A stretch of 60,867 bases of DNA from Anaerolineales bacterium. Its GTDB lineage: Bacteria; Chloroflexota; Anaerolineae; Anaerolineales; E44-bin32. The stretch spans positions 1 through 60,867 of the forward strand of contig JARRJK010000001.1 of the NCBI GenBank assembly GCA_037379555.1, given 5' to 3'. The notes under the pieces were generated by a model. That model was not told the DNA's origin and ran no database searches. It saw only the letters and a program-made list of their open reading frames with translations. Positions 39,487 to 48,387 of the stretch are shown here, one piece after another (the first letter of the stretch is position 1; every line of letters starts with the position of its first letter). The translations under genes and the position numbers were made by a program.

Positions 39487-40767
39487 TCAGCCTCCTCCCC
39501 ACCCGCGGATCGTCACGCCTTCTTCCTCGACCTCGGGCGCCCGCAGACGATAGATGGTGCGGATGATGGCCGGTGCGGCAATGAAGATCAGGATGAAAGC
39601 CTGCAGCACAGTGATGATGTCGATCGGTATCTGGGCCACGACCTGCATGCGCGTCGCGCCAGTGCGCAGCGTTCCAAAGAGCAGCGAAGCCAGCACGACA
39701 CCCAGTGGGTGATTTTTCCCGAGCAGTGCGAGCGCGATACTGTCAAAGCCATACCCGGAGGAAAAGGCCATCGCCAGATTATGGTTGAGTCCGAGCACCT
39801 CGTTCGTGCCCGCCAATCCAGCCAGGGCGCCGGAGAGCGACATCGCCATCACGGTAACGGTCACGATGCTCATGCCAGCGTAGCGAGAAGCGCGCGGGTT
39901 GAGACCCACCGAGCGCAGGTCGAAACCCCAGCGCGTGCGGAAAAGCAGCCAGTACACCAACCACGCAACGGCCAATGCGATGAAGAAACCGAGATGGAAG
40001 CGGATTGGAGACTGGAAGAAGCGTGGCAGCATGGCGCTGGGCTGGATCGTCGGGCTGACCGGGTTGAATGATTCCGGGCGTTGCATCGGTCCGCTGAGCA
40101 GCCAGTCGCTCAAGCGGAACGCGACGTAATTCATCATGATCGTATTGATCACCTCATGCCCGCCCGTCTTGGCTTTCAACCAGCCCGGGATAAAGCCCCA
40201 GATCGCCCCTCCCAGCGCCCCCGCCAGCAGCGCCAGCGGGATATGGATGATCGCCGGCAAGCCCGTGATGGCGTAGCCGACGAATGCGGAGAAGATCGCA
40301 CCGACGAAGAGCTGCCCTTCGGCGCCGATGTTAAAAACGCCACTGCGAAAACCAAGGGCCACAGCCAGGCTGGCGAAGATGAACGGAGTGCTTGCAGTAA
40401 GGCTCTCAAGAATGGGGTTGAACGCCCGGCGGATCTCCAGGCTATCACCGCCGCGCAGCGCAGCGATGATCCGTGCCGGGTCGCCGATCGACCCCGCAAA
40501 CAAAGCCCCATATGCGATCCGGACCTCGTTCCAGCCGGCTTTAACCGCCTCCCATGGGGAAACGCTCCAAACGCTGTAGACGCTCTCCGAGGTTACGGCG
40601 ATCAGAATCGCGCCCAGGATCAGACCGCTGATCACGGCCAGCACCGGGACTAGCAGCGTCTGGCGTAACCGGCGTGAGAGCGGTTGGTGGGAGGTTGAGC
40701 CGCCGTTAAGCTCTTCAAGCAGCACCTTCCCGGCGTCTTTCTTCTTGGGAGATGGTTCGTCGGTCAC
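39487..40767 (-). CDS. ABC transporter permease (BMP/nucleoside-type)
   Basis: Polytopic membrane protein, paralogous in architecture to 38219..39484. GTGA overlap with the ATPase stop. Confidence 0.85.
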   Translation of the reverse strand: MTDEPSPKKKDAGKVLLEELNGGSTSHQPLSRRLRQTLLVPVLAVISGLILGAILIAVTSESVYSVWSVSPWEAVKAGWNEVRIAYGALFAGSIGDPARIIAALRGGDSLEIRRAFNPILESLTASTPFIFASLAVALGFRSGVFNIGAEGQLFVGAIFSAFVGYAITGLPAIIHIPLALLAGALGGAIWGFIPGWLKAKTGGHEVINTIMMNYVAFRLSDWLLSGPMQRPESFNPVSPTIQPSAMLPRFFQSPIRFHLGFFIALAVAWLVYWLLFRTRWGFDLRSVGLNPRASRYAGMSIVTVTVMAMSLSGALAGLAGTNEVLGLNHNLAMAFSSGYGFDSIALALLGKNHPLGVVLASLLFGTLRTGATRMQVVAQIPIDIITVLQAFILIFIAAPAIIRTIYRLRAPEVEEEGVTIRGWGGG

Positions 40768-42329
40768 GAAGATCCTCGCTTGGATTTCGAGCGCTTGCTC
40801 TTCCCGGCTTCGCTAGTCTCGGGTATGACGCCGGCCATCAAGAGGCCGATCTGCTCCTTCGTTGCCTTCGGCCCAGGCACAACAGCCACGATCTCACCGC
40901 GGAACATGACCGCGATTCGATCCGAGAGTTCCATGATCTCGTCCAGCTCCGGCGATACCAGTAAGACCGCTGTTCCCTCGTCGCGTTTCTCGACGATGCG
41001 TTTGTGGATGTATTCGATCGAGCCGACATCCAATCCGCGCGTCGGCTGGGAGGCGACCAGCAGCTTGATCGGGCGCGAAAACTCGCGCGCCACGATGACC
41101 TTCTGCTGGTTGCCGCCTGAAAGCGAACTCGCCGTCGTGAGCGGACTGGGCGTGCGGATGTCGAACTGCTCGATCCGTTCCTCCGCGGCTTTTAGAATTG
41201 CATCCCGCTGCAGCACAACCCCTTCGGTGAAAGGAGGGCGGTAATAGGTGTTGAGCACCAGGTTGTCGGCGACCGAGAAGGGCAGCACCAATCCATCCTG
41301 CTGGCGGTCTTCCGGCACATGCGCCGAGCCCAGTTCGGTGATCTCGCGCGGGCTGGCATGCGTGATGTCCGTGCCGAGCAGGTCGATCTTCCCGCTCAGC
41401 GCGCTTCGCAAGCCGGTAACGGCTTCGACCAGTTCGGTTTGACCGTTGCCCTGAACACCGGCGACGCCGAGGATTTCCCCTGCACGCACCTCAAATGAGA
41501 CCCTATCGACAGCAATCTGTTTGCGCTCATCCAGCACGACCAGATCTTCAACCTCGAGCACAACATCGCCGACTTTCGGCTTGTCTTTCTCGACCCCGAG
41601 CTGGACTTCGCGCCCGACCATCATCTCTGCCAGCGTCTTGCGGTCGGCCATATCAGGAGTAGTGCTGCCAACAACCTGCCCGCGCCGTAGCACGGTGATG
41701 CGGTCGGCAACGTCCATGACCTCGCGCAGCTTATGCGTGATGAAAATGATTGACTTGCCCTGTTCTACCAGCGAGCGCATGATCTTGAACAGTTCATCCG
41801 CCTCCTGGGGTGTCAGCACGGCTGTCGGCTCATCCAGGATCAGGATGTCCGCTTCACGGTACAGCAGCTTGATGATCTCGACCCGCTGCTGGACACCCAC
41901 CGGGAGGTTCTTTACATAAGCTTCAGGTTCGACGGCCAAATGGTATTGCTCAGAGATCTCGCGTATCCGTGCGGCGGCGGTTTCCCGGTCGAGGAAATCA
42001 CCAAAGCGCAGCGATTCCTCGCCCAGCATGACGTTTTCTGTCACCGTGAAAACCGGGATCAGCATGAAGTGCTGGTGCACCATCCCGATCCCAACCGAAA
42101 TCGCATCGCCCGGATCGCGGATCTCGACTTGCTCGCCGCGCACGACGATCTCGCCCTCATCCGGGGCGTAAAGCCCATAGAGGATGTTCATCAGCGTCGT
42201 CTTGCCAGCGCCATTTTCCCCCAGCAGCGCGTGGATCTCTCCCTGATTAAGGGTCAGATCGATGTTGTCATTTGCCAATACACCCGGGAAACGCTTGGTG
42301 ATGCCACGAAGTTCGAGGACAGCTTCCAT
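40764..42329 (-). CDS. ABC transporter ATP-binding protein with duplicated ATPase domains
   Basis: GENGAGKTT Walker A, LSGGNQQK signature, ILILDEPT Walker B, second half-domain. The start is ATG 42329 or GTG 42335. Confidence 0.9.
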   Translation of the reverse strand: MEAVLELRGITKRFPGVLANDNIDLTLNQGEIHALLGENGAGKTTLMNILYGLYAPDEGEIVVRGEQVEIRDPGDAISVGIGMVHQHFMLIPVFTVTENVMLGEESLRFGDFLDRETAAARIREISEQYHLAVEPEAYVKNLPVGVQQRVEIIKLLYREADILILDEPTAVLTPQEADELFKIMRSLVEQGKSIIFITHKLREVMDVADRITVLRRGQVVGSTTPDMADRKTLAEMMVGREVQLGVEKDKPKVGDVVLEVEDLVVLDERKQIAVDRVSFEVRAGEILGVAGVQGNGQTELVEAVTGLRSALSGKIDLLGTDITHASPREITELGSAHVPEDRQQDGLVLPFSVADNLVLNTYYRPPFTEGVVLQRDAILKAAEERIEQFDIRTPSPLTTASSLSGGNQQKVIVAREFSRPIKLLVASQPTRGLDVGSIEYIHKRIVEKRDEGTAVLLVSPELDEIMELSDRIAVMFRGEIVAVVPGPKATKEQIGLLMAGVIPETSEAGKSKRSKSKRGSS

Positions 42330-42443
42330 GTTCACCTTGCATCGCAGCTATGAAGTCGCAGCCCAGCTGGCTGCTCCGGCCGTGCCGATTTTACCATGGC
42401 TGGAGACGTGCTCCAAACCTGAGCTCTTGTGTAACTCGTGCTG

Positions 42444-42478
42444 AGAGAAAAATGGGGCCGGGGTACTCCCGGCCCCAT
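42444..42478 (-). terminator. Intra-operon terminator/attenuator between the substrate-binding gene and the ATPase gene
   Basis: Minus strand ATGGGGCCGGG-agtac-CCCGGCCCCAT followed by TTTTTCTCTC. Confidence 0.65.
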
Positions 42479-42495
42479 TACGTACCGTCTTGTCT

Positions 42496-43548
42496 TTACG
42501 GATTGGCGGAGAGCTCGCCCGAGATGACCTGCTGCGAGACGGTGTCCAGTTCGCCCTTCAGGTCGCTCGAGACCATGCTGTCCAGGCTGTGGAACGGGGC
42601 CAGGCCGACGCCGCCGTTCTCCAGCGTGCCGACCGTCACGCCGCCCGCAAACGTGCCGTCGATCACGGACTGGATCACGTTAAAGGTCGTGATGTCCATG
42701 TTCTTCAGCACCGAGGTGAGGGTGATGGCTTCATACTGCGGCTGGGTGAGCACCCAATCGGCATCGACGCCGATAATATAAACGCCGCCGCGCTCTTCCG
42801 CTGCAGCAGCTGTGCCCAGGCCAACCGGCCCGGCGACGGGCATGATGATGTCCGCGCCTTCGTCCATCAGCGACTCACCCATGTTGCGGCCGTCCTCCAG
42901 GCTTTCGAAGTCACCGGAGAAGAGGCCGGTCTGCGCAGCCGGGTCCCAGCCGATTACCTCGACCGAGGTGCCGTGAACGTCGTTGTAGTGGGCCGCGCCG
43001 AGGGCGAAGCCATCCATGAACACGGTTACCGGTGGGATCTGGATGCCGCCGAAAGTGCCGATCTTACCTGTCTGGGTCACCCCAGCGGCCAGGTAGCCGG
43101 CCAGGAAGGCGGCTTCCTGCGTGTTGAAGACCTGTCCAACGACATTCGGCAAAGCCGGGTCGTACGCGAAGTCGACGATGCTGAACTTCTGATCAGGATT
43201 GGCCTCAGCGGCCGCTGCTGTGGCGTCGCCAAGCAGGAAGCCGACGGGAACGATCAGATCGCAGCCTTCCTCAATGAAGGCGTTGAGGTTCTTCTCATAG
43301 TCGGTCTGCTGCTGCGATTCGAGGTACTTGCCCTCGACGCCGAGCTGGGCCTCTGCGTCCTGAATGCCCTTCCAGGCGGTGGCGTTGAACGACTTGTCGT
43401 CGATGCCGCCTGTGTCGGTAACCTCGCAGACCTTGAGCGACGGTGCGGGTGCTTCCGTAGGCGCTTCCGTAGCAGCTGTTCCGCAGGCTGCCAGGACAAA
43501 GGCGGCCACGGCCAGAAGCGATAATACGGCGTACATCTTCCTCTGCAT
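42496..43548 (-). CDS. BMP-family (Med/PnrA-like) ABC substrate-binding lipoprotein
   Basis: Lipobox LAAC in MQRKMYAVLSLLAVAAFVLAACG, DKSFNATAWKG, IIGVDADW motifs; GGAGGAG RBS. Confidence 0.9.
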   Translation of the reverse strand: MQRKMYAVLSLLAVAAFVLAACGTAATEAPTEAPAPSLKVCEVTDTGGIDDKSFNATAWKGIQDAEAQLGVEGKYLESQQQTDYEKNLNAFIEEGCDLIVPVGFLLGDATAAAAEANPDQKFSIVDFAYDPALPNVVGQVFNTQEAAFLAGYLAAGVTQTGKIGTFGGIQIPPVTVFMDGFALGAAHYNDVHGTSVEVIGWDPAAQTGLFSGDFESLEDGRNMGESLMDEGADIIMPVAGPVGLGTAAAAEERGGVYIIGVDADWVLTQPQYEAITLTSVLKNMDITTFNVIQSVIDGTFAGGVTVGTLENGGVGLAPFHSLDSMVSSDLKGELDTVSQQVISGELSANP

Positions 43549-43658
43549 GTTCTACTCCTCCGTGAATTTGGTGTCTGGGATTCGGACGGTTGATCTCTTC
43601 TCCAAATCACCCCTTTCTCGCTTGGTATGCGGCGGGATTTGATTTGGTTGCGTCAAGC
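43549..43658 (-). promoter_or_regulatory. ~110-nt 5' leader of the BMP ABC operon with a thrice-repeated CCAAAT/ATTTGG complementarity
   Basis: Minus strand CCAAATCA (43640..43647), TGATTTGG (43602..43609) and CCAAATT (43565..43571, next to the SD GGAGGAG). No known riboswitch core recognised. Confidence 0.3.
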
Positions 43659-43664
43659 TGTCGA

Positions 43665-43693
43665 ATCATAGCATGAGAACGTGCACGACGCAA
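43665..43693 (-). promoter_or_regulatory. Sigma-70-type promoter TTGCGT-N17-TGCTATGAT for the BMP ABC operon
   Basis: Minus strand: -35 TTGCGT (43688..43693), 17-nt spacer whose last three nt are TGC (43671..43673), -10 TATGAT (43665..43670). Confidence 0.55.
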
Positions 43694-43721
43694 TGTAACA
43701 CGACAACGCGTGTTCCCCTTG

Positions 43722-46037
43722 TCAGCGGTCGAACTCTGAGGCCGACAGATCGCCGTAATCGATCACCTCGCGTGGCTGTGATCCGCTCTGTGCTGGACCG
43801 ATAATGCCCTTTTCCTCCAGTTGATCCACCAGGCGGGCGGCGCGAGTATAGCCAATCCGCAAGCGCCGCTGCAGGAGCGAGATCGACGCCCGGCGCATCT
43901 CGCGTACGATCTGGACCGCCTCGTCGAAGACCGGATCCAGCTCCTTATCCTCGTCGGCTCCCTCTTCCCAGAGCGGAGCTTGCTTCAGGGGGACTCCAGA
44001 AGGCGGCGACGGCTCGAGCTGAGACGGTGAGGGCTGAGTGGCTTCGCCGCCCAATCCGGCAGTGATCCAGTACCGCACCAGCCGACCCAGCTCCGCCTCC
44101 GAGACGTAAGCCCCCTGCATGCGGATCGGAGCCGGTGCGTCAGGTGCCTGGAAGAGCATGTCGCCCCGGCCCAGCAATCGCTCCGCTCCCGGCTGGTCGA
44201 GAATCACCCGGCTGTCGACCGAAGAAGCAACAGCAAAGGCGATGCGCGAAGGAAAATTGGCCTTGATCAAGCCGGTGACCACATCGACCGAGGGGCGCTG
44301 CGTGGCGATGACGAGGTGGATACCGGTCGCACGCGCCAGCTGCGCCAGGCGTGTGATTACCCGCTCGGTCTCGTCCGGAGCCAGCATCATCAGGTCCGCC
44401 AACTCGTCGATCACCACGACAATGTAATGCAGCGGCGCACGCCCAATGTGCTGCGAACGCTGGTTGTAGTCAGCGATATTGCGCACGCCTTCCGTGGCGA
44501 AGAGATGGTAGCGGCGGTCCATCTCGCGTGAAACCCACTGCAGCGCCGGAACCACGCGCTCGAGTTCGACAACCACCGGGGCGAGCAGGTGCGGGATGCC
44601 GTTGAAGGTCGTCAGCTCGACCCGCTTCGGATCGACCATGACGAATTTCAAGTCTTCGGGCGAGTTCTGCAGCAGCAGGCAGGAAACGATGGCATTCACA
44701 CACACTGATTTTCCCGATCCGGTCGTTCCGGCGATCAGGAGGTGGGGCATGGCAGCAAGATCCGCAGCCACCGGTCCTCCGGACACGTTTTTGCCCAGCG
44801 CCAGCCGCAGACGAGAGCGAATGCGCTGGAACCGCTGTGACTCCATCACATCCCGCAAAGCTACCAGCGAGACCTCCGTGTTCGGGACCTCGATTCCAAC
44901 AAAACCTTTGCCCGGCACCGGGGCTTCGATGCGGATCGACGGCGCGGCCAGCGCCAGCGCCAGGTCATCGGCCAGTGCCGAGATCTTGCTGACCTTGACC
45001 TTTGTCCTACGCCCGCCGCGGCCCTGCATGAAATCAGGTTCCACTCCGAACTGGGTGATGACAGGTCCGCGATTGATCTCGACAACATGCGCAGGGGCGC
45101 CGAAAGCCTGCAGCGTCTCCTCGATCAACCGGGCGCGTTCCCGGTCGAAGGTCTCATCCGCCCGTCCGCTGTCCCCGGGTTCGAGGATCGATTCCAGCGA
45201 GGGCATCGTCCAAACCGGGCGGGTTTGATCGGTTTCCGGGGTTTGGAAATCCTGCTCGGAGGCGGCCGGGGGAGCGGACTCAAATTGAGATGATTCCCCT
45301 GGCTTTATTGCTGGAGCGCTGGGCCGCTCGCTGGTCTCGTGCAGTGGGACCTGATCGGCCTGTGGCGAAGCAGGCGGCAAGAGCTGATTCAACCGTTCGG
45401 CTAGCCAGCGCCACAGACGTCCTCCCATCGCCAGCATCTCCGGAAGCGAAATGCCGAAAGTGAATGTCAAGCCGACCAGCAGCCACGCTCCCAGCAGCAC
45501 CAGGCTGCCACCGGCACCCAGGCCGCTAATAGTCAGCGCCAGGAGCACGCCGCCCAGCGCCCCGCCGCCGCGGTTCTCACCCGCGACCGCAAGGGCTTCG
45601 TCGAGCGTTCGCGCGCCGGTGAGCGCATGCATGACGACCAGCAGCAGGACCGCCAGCATCCCCAGCCCCAACAGCTGCTCGGGAAGCAGGCGGGGCATCC
45701 GATCGGTTAGATTGCGCAGCACAAGCCGCAAGCCAATGCCGATCAATGCCAGCGGCACCAGATACAACCCCCAGCCGAAAGACCAGCCCAGGAAATTCAA
45801 CCAGGCGCTGCCGAGCAACCCCTGCCGTGTGCTGAAGATGCTGATGATCGTGAAGATACCGAGGGCGATCAGCAACAGGCCGATGAGATCTTTTTTGCGT
45901 TGGGGTGTCAGCCAGGATGCCAAGGTGGGGGCGATCCTGCCAGCCTGATTGGACGCGCCTTTCCCCTTACGCGTGGAGCGCGAACTGGACCGGCTTCTCT
46001 TTCGGGAGGATTTCGATTTGGCCAAAGATTTCTCCAA
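43722..46037 (-). CDS. ftsK: DNA translocase FtsK/SpoIIIE
   Basis: Basic Ser/Arg tail, four TM helices, linker, motor domain (GTTGSGKSV Walker A, VVVIDELADL Walker B), C-terminal winged-helix gamma domain. There is no in-frame ATG near the 5' end; TTG 46037. Confidence 0.9.
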   Translation of the reverse strand: MEKSLAKSKSSRKRSRSSSRSTRKGKGASNQAGRIAPTLASWLTPQRKKDLIGLLLIALGIFTIISIFSTRQGLLGSAWLNFLGWSFGWGLYLVPLALIGIGLRLVLRNLTDRMPRLLPEQLLGLGMLAVLLLVVMHALTGARTLDEALAVAGENRGGGALGGVLLALTISGLGAGGSLVLLGAWLLVGLTFTFGISLPEMLAMGGRLWRWLAERLNQLLPPASPQADQVPLHETSERPSAPAIKPGESSQFESAPPAASEQDFQTPETDQTRPVWTMPSLESILEPGDSGRADETFDRERARLIEETLQAFGAPAHVVEINRGPVITQFGVEPDFMQGRGGRRTKVKVSKISALADDLALALAAPSIRIEAPVPGKGFVGIEVPNTEVSLVALRDVMESQRFQRIRSRLRLALGKNVSGGPVAADLAAMPHLLIAGTTGSGKSVCVNAIVSCLLLQNSPEDLKFVMVDPKRVELTTFNGIPHLLAPVVVELERVVPALQWVSREMDRRYHLFATEGVRNIADYNQRSQHIGRAPLHYIVVVIDELADLMMLAPDETERVITRLAQLARATGIHLVIATQRPSVDVVTGLIKANFPSRIAFAVASSVDSRVILDQPGAERLLGRGDMLFQAPDAPAPIRMQGAYVSEAELGRLVRYWITAGLGGEATQPSPSQLEPSPPSGVPLKQAPLWEEGADEDKELDPVFDEAVQIVREMRRASISLLQRRLRIGYTRAARLVDQLEEKGIIGPAQSGSQPREVIDYGDLSASEFDR

Positions 46038-46045
46038 GCGCGGCG

Positions 46046-46054
46046 ATTATAGCA
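46046..46054 (-). promoter_or_regulatory. Extended -10 element TGCTATAAT, 8 nt from the ftsK TTG start
   Basis: Minus-strand TGCTATAAT-cgccgcgc-TTG read directly. Confidence 0.5.
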
Positions 46055-46079
46055 TACCCCCGCGCAGGCTCCTGGCGCA

Positions 46080-46088
46080 TGCTACAAT
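46080..46088 (+). promoter_or_regulatory. Extended -10 element TGCTACAAT, 6 nt from ATG 46095 (leaderless candidate)
   Basis: TGCTACAAT-cgagcc-ATG; back-to-back with the ftsK element 26 nt away. Confidence 0.5.
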
Positions 46089-46094
46089 CGAGCC

Positions 46095-47759
46095 ATGGCC
46101 GGTTCACACGCTCTTGACCTGCTGCGCAGAGTACCTTTCCTGCATGGGATCGATGAACAGAGCCAGCTCGAACTGGCTGCTTCGCTCCCGCAACAAAACT
46201 TCGCTGCAGGGGAGACGCTCTTCGAACAGGGTGAGCGGGTCGACTGCCTGTACGTGCTGCTCAGCGGCCGAGTAACCCTCGTCCAATTCGGGCCGGAGGC
46301 AGAGCCAGTCGAGCTCGGCGAGCGCCTGCCTCCGGACATGCTCGGAGCGCAGGAGCTTGTCTACCGGCAGCCGCGGACGGCGACCGCACGTGCGCTGGAG
46401 GACACAACCGCATTGTGCTGGAGCCGGGAAGCGTTGACTTCATTCTTGAAGGATCACTCTGATGCGCTGGCCGCATTCCAATTCCTGGCGGCCGGCGAAA
46501 AGATGGCCGCCTCACAACCGCTGGACTGGCTGCGGCCCGGCGAGGTTGTGTATGCCTTCACCCGGCGCCACAGTGTCATCCTCTTCCAGCGGCTTACGGT
46601 TCCATTGCTGCTCATCGCAGCCAGCTTGCTGCTGCTCTTCTTTGGAGTGACCAGCGCCGGGAGCCTGCTCACCTGGCTCGGCGCTGGGTTTGGGTTGGCG
46701 GGCTTGCTGTACGCGGCCTGGCAGTTCATGGACTGGCGCAACGATTACTTCCTCGTCACCGACCGCCGTGCGGTCTGGATCGAGAAGGTCATCGGGATCT
46801 ACGACAGCCGGCGTGAAGCCCCGCTGCATACCGTACTCTCAGCGACCGTCGGAACGGATGTTACCTCACGCATGCTCGGGTACGGCGACGTGGTCATCCG
46901 CACGTACACGGGAAAACTCACCTTCCGTAATATCAGCCACCCGCAGGTGCTCGCCGCCCTGATCGAAGAACTGTGGCGACGCATCCAGGTCCAGAAGGAA
47001 ATGGCCGACCGCAGTTCGCTGGTCGAGGCGCTTGAGCAGCGCCTCGCCACGGGTACCGCCACAGAAAGCACCGATGAAACCGCGGAGCTGGAGCCAGAAG
47101 CCGCATCCGTTTCTTCAGAGGGCCTGGACCACTGGGGTTTTCAGGTGCGCTTCGAATCCGGAGATGCAATCACCTATCGCAAGCATTGGGCGGTCCTACT
47201 GCGCGTGATCGCCCTGCCTTCTGCCGCTGTGCTTTTCACGATCGGCCTGATTGGCGCACAGCTCGGTGGGCTCATCGATCTACTCGATCTCCCCGCCATG
47301 CTCGGGCTGGGCGGTCTCGCGCTGGGCGCTTGCGGCCTGTGGTGGCTGTATCGATACATCGATTGGGCAAACGACATCTATCAGGTCTCAAGCCAGCAGA
47401 TCCTCGATATCTATAAGAAACCACTCGGCCGGGAGGAACGCAAAGTCGCCCCGCTCGAGAACATCCTCGGAACCGAGGTCGATCGAAAAGGACTGCTGGG
47501 CATTCTGTTGAACTATGGCGACGTCATCGCCAACGTCGGTACTTCCCAATTCACGTTTGAAGGGGTTTTCGACCCGGTCCAGGTGCAGCAGGATATCGTC
47601 CACGCCCAGGAAACGCTGCTGCATACGCGCGCCGAGCGCGAAAGAGCACGACGCCAAAACGAGATGGTAGAATTAATAGACATTTACCACGAACGGTATA
47701 CGAAAGATGATTCCGACGGAAACCCTCAAGGTCCGGTAAAGGATTATGGCAATTCGTGA
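46095..47759 (+). CDS. Cyclic-nucleotide-binding domain protein with two TM-hairpin/bPH (YdbT-like) modules
   Basis: LRRVPFLHGIDEQ..FAAGETLFEQGERVDCLYVLLSGRV..GAQEL..PRTATARA (CAP_ED), then a TM hairpin + WRNDYFLVTDRR.. and a TM hairpin + WANDIYQVSSQQ.. bPH_2-type repeats. Confidence 0.75.
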   Translation: MAGSHALDLLRRVPFLHGIDEQSQLELAASLPQQNFAAGETLFEQGERVDCLYVLLSGRVTLVQFGPEAEPVELGERLPPDMLGAQELVYRQPRTATARALEDTTALCWSREALTSFLKDHSDALAAFQFLAAGEKMAASQPLDWLRPGEVVYAFTRRHSVILFQRLTVPLLLIAASLLLLFFGVTSAGSLLTWLGAGFGLAGLLYAAWQFMDWRNDYFLVTDRRAVWIEKVIGIYDSRREAPLHTVLSATVGTDVTSRMLGYGDVVIRTYTGKLTFRNISHPQVLAALIEELWRRIQVQKEMADRSSLVEALEQRLATGTATESTDETAELEPEAASVSSEGLDHWGFQVRFESGDAITYRKHWAVLLRVIALPSAAVLFTIGLIGAQLGGLIDLLDLPAMLGLGGLALGACGLWWLYRYIDWANDIYQVSSQQILDIYKKPLGREERKVAPLENILGTEVDRKGLLGILLNYGDVIANVGTSQFTFEGVFDPVQVQQDIVHAQETLLHTRAERERARRQNEMVELIDIYHERYTKDDSDGNPQGPVKDYGNS

Positions 47760-48279
47760 AATCGTGACTCCCCCCAACCCCACCCTGCGCGCGCGGGCGC
47801 GCGCGGTGCGCGCCATCACCCCCGAAATAGTGGAGCTGATCGACGACATGATCGAGACGCTGCACGCCGCGCCCGGCGTCGGCCTAGCCGCGCCCCAGGT
47901 GGATGTGAGCCAGCGCGTGATCATCGTCGAGTATGCAGAAGGCAGCGAACCGGAGCACGAAGCGCAGGAGCCGCTAAAACCACCCAAACTCTACGTCGTG
48001 GTGAACCCTGAGATCAGACGCCGCTCACGCCAGACTGTGCTCGGCAATGAAGCCTGTCTCTCGCTCCCCGGCTACGTGGGGGAAGTCGAACGCGCAGAGC
48101 AGGTGACGATACGAGGACTCGACCGCTACGGCAATGATTTCAAGCTAAAGGCCAAGGGCTGGTTGGCGCGCATCTTCCAGCACGAGATCGACCACCTGGA
48201 CGGAGTGCTTTTCATCGACCGAGCAACGGAGATCTGGCGGCTCGAACCCGAACAAGAAGGCGCCCCAGCCGCAGCCTGA
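47746..48279 (+). CDS. def: Peptide deformylase
   Basis: GVGLAAPQV, EACLSLPG, QHEIDHLDG metal-binding motifs. It overlaps the upstream stop by 14 nt. Confidence 0.95.
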   Translation: MAIREIVTPPNPTLRARARAVRAITPEIVELIDDMIETLHAAPGVGLAAPQVDVSQRVIIVEYAEGSEPEHEAQEPLKPPKLYVVVNPEIRRRSRQTVLGNEACLSLPGYVGEVERAEQVTIRGLDRYGNDFKLKAKGWLARIFQHEIDHLDGVLFIDRATEIWRLEPEQEGAPAAA

Positions 48280-48368
48280 CGGCGCCACCCACGAACTCAG
48301 CCCAACGCGAACTACCGAACCATGACGCTGACCCAAGCCGGGCGGATGGGATCGCGCCCCTGGACCTA

Positions 48369-48377
48369 TGCTACAAT
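48369..48377 (+). promoter_or_regulatory. Extended -10 element TGCTACAAT, 10 nt from the recF ATG 48388
   Basis: It shares the 12-mer ATGCTACAATCG with 46079..46090. Confidence 0.45.
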
Positions 48378-48387
48378 CGCAGCCGCC

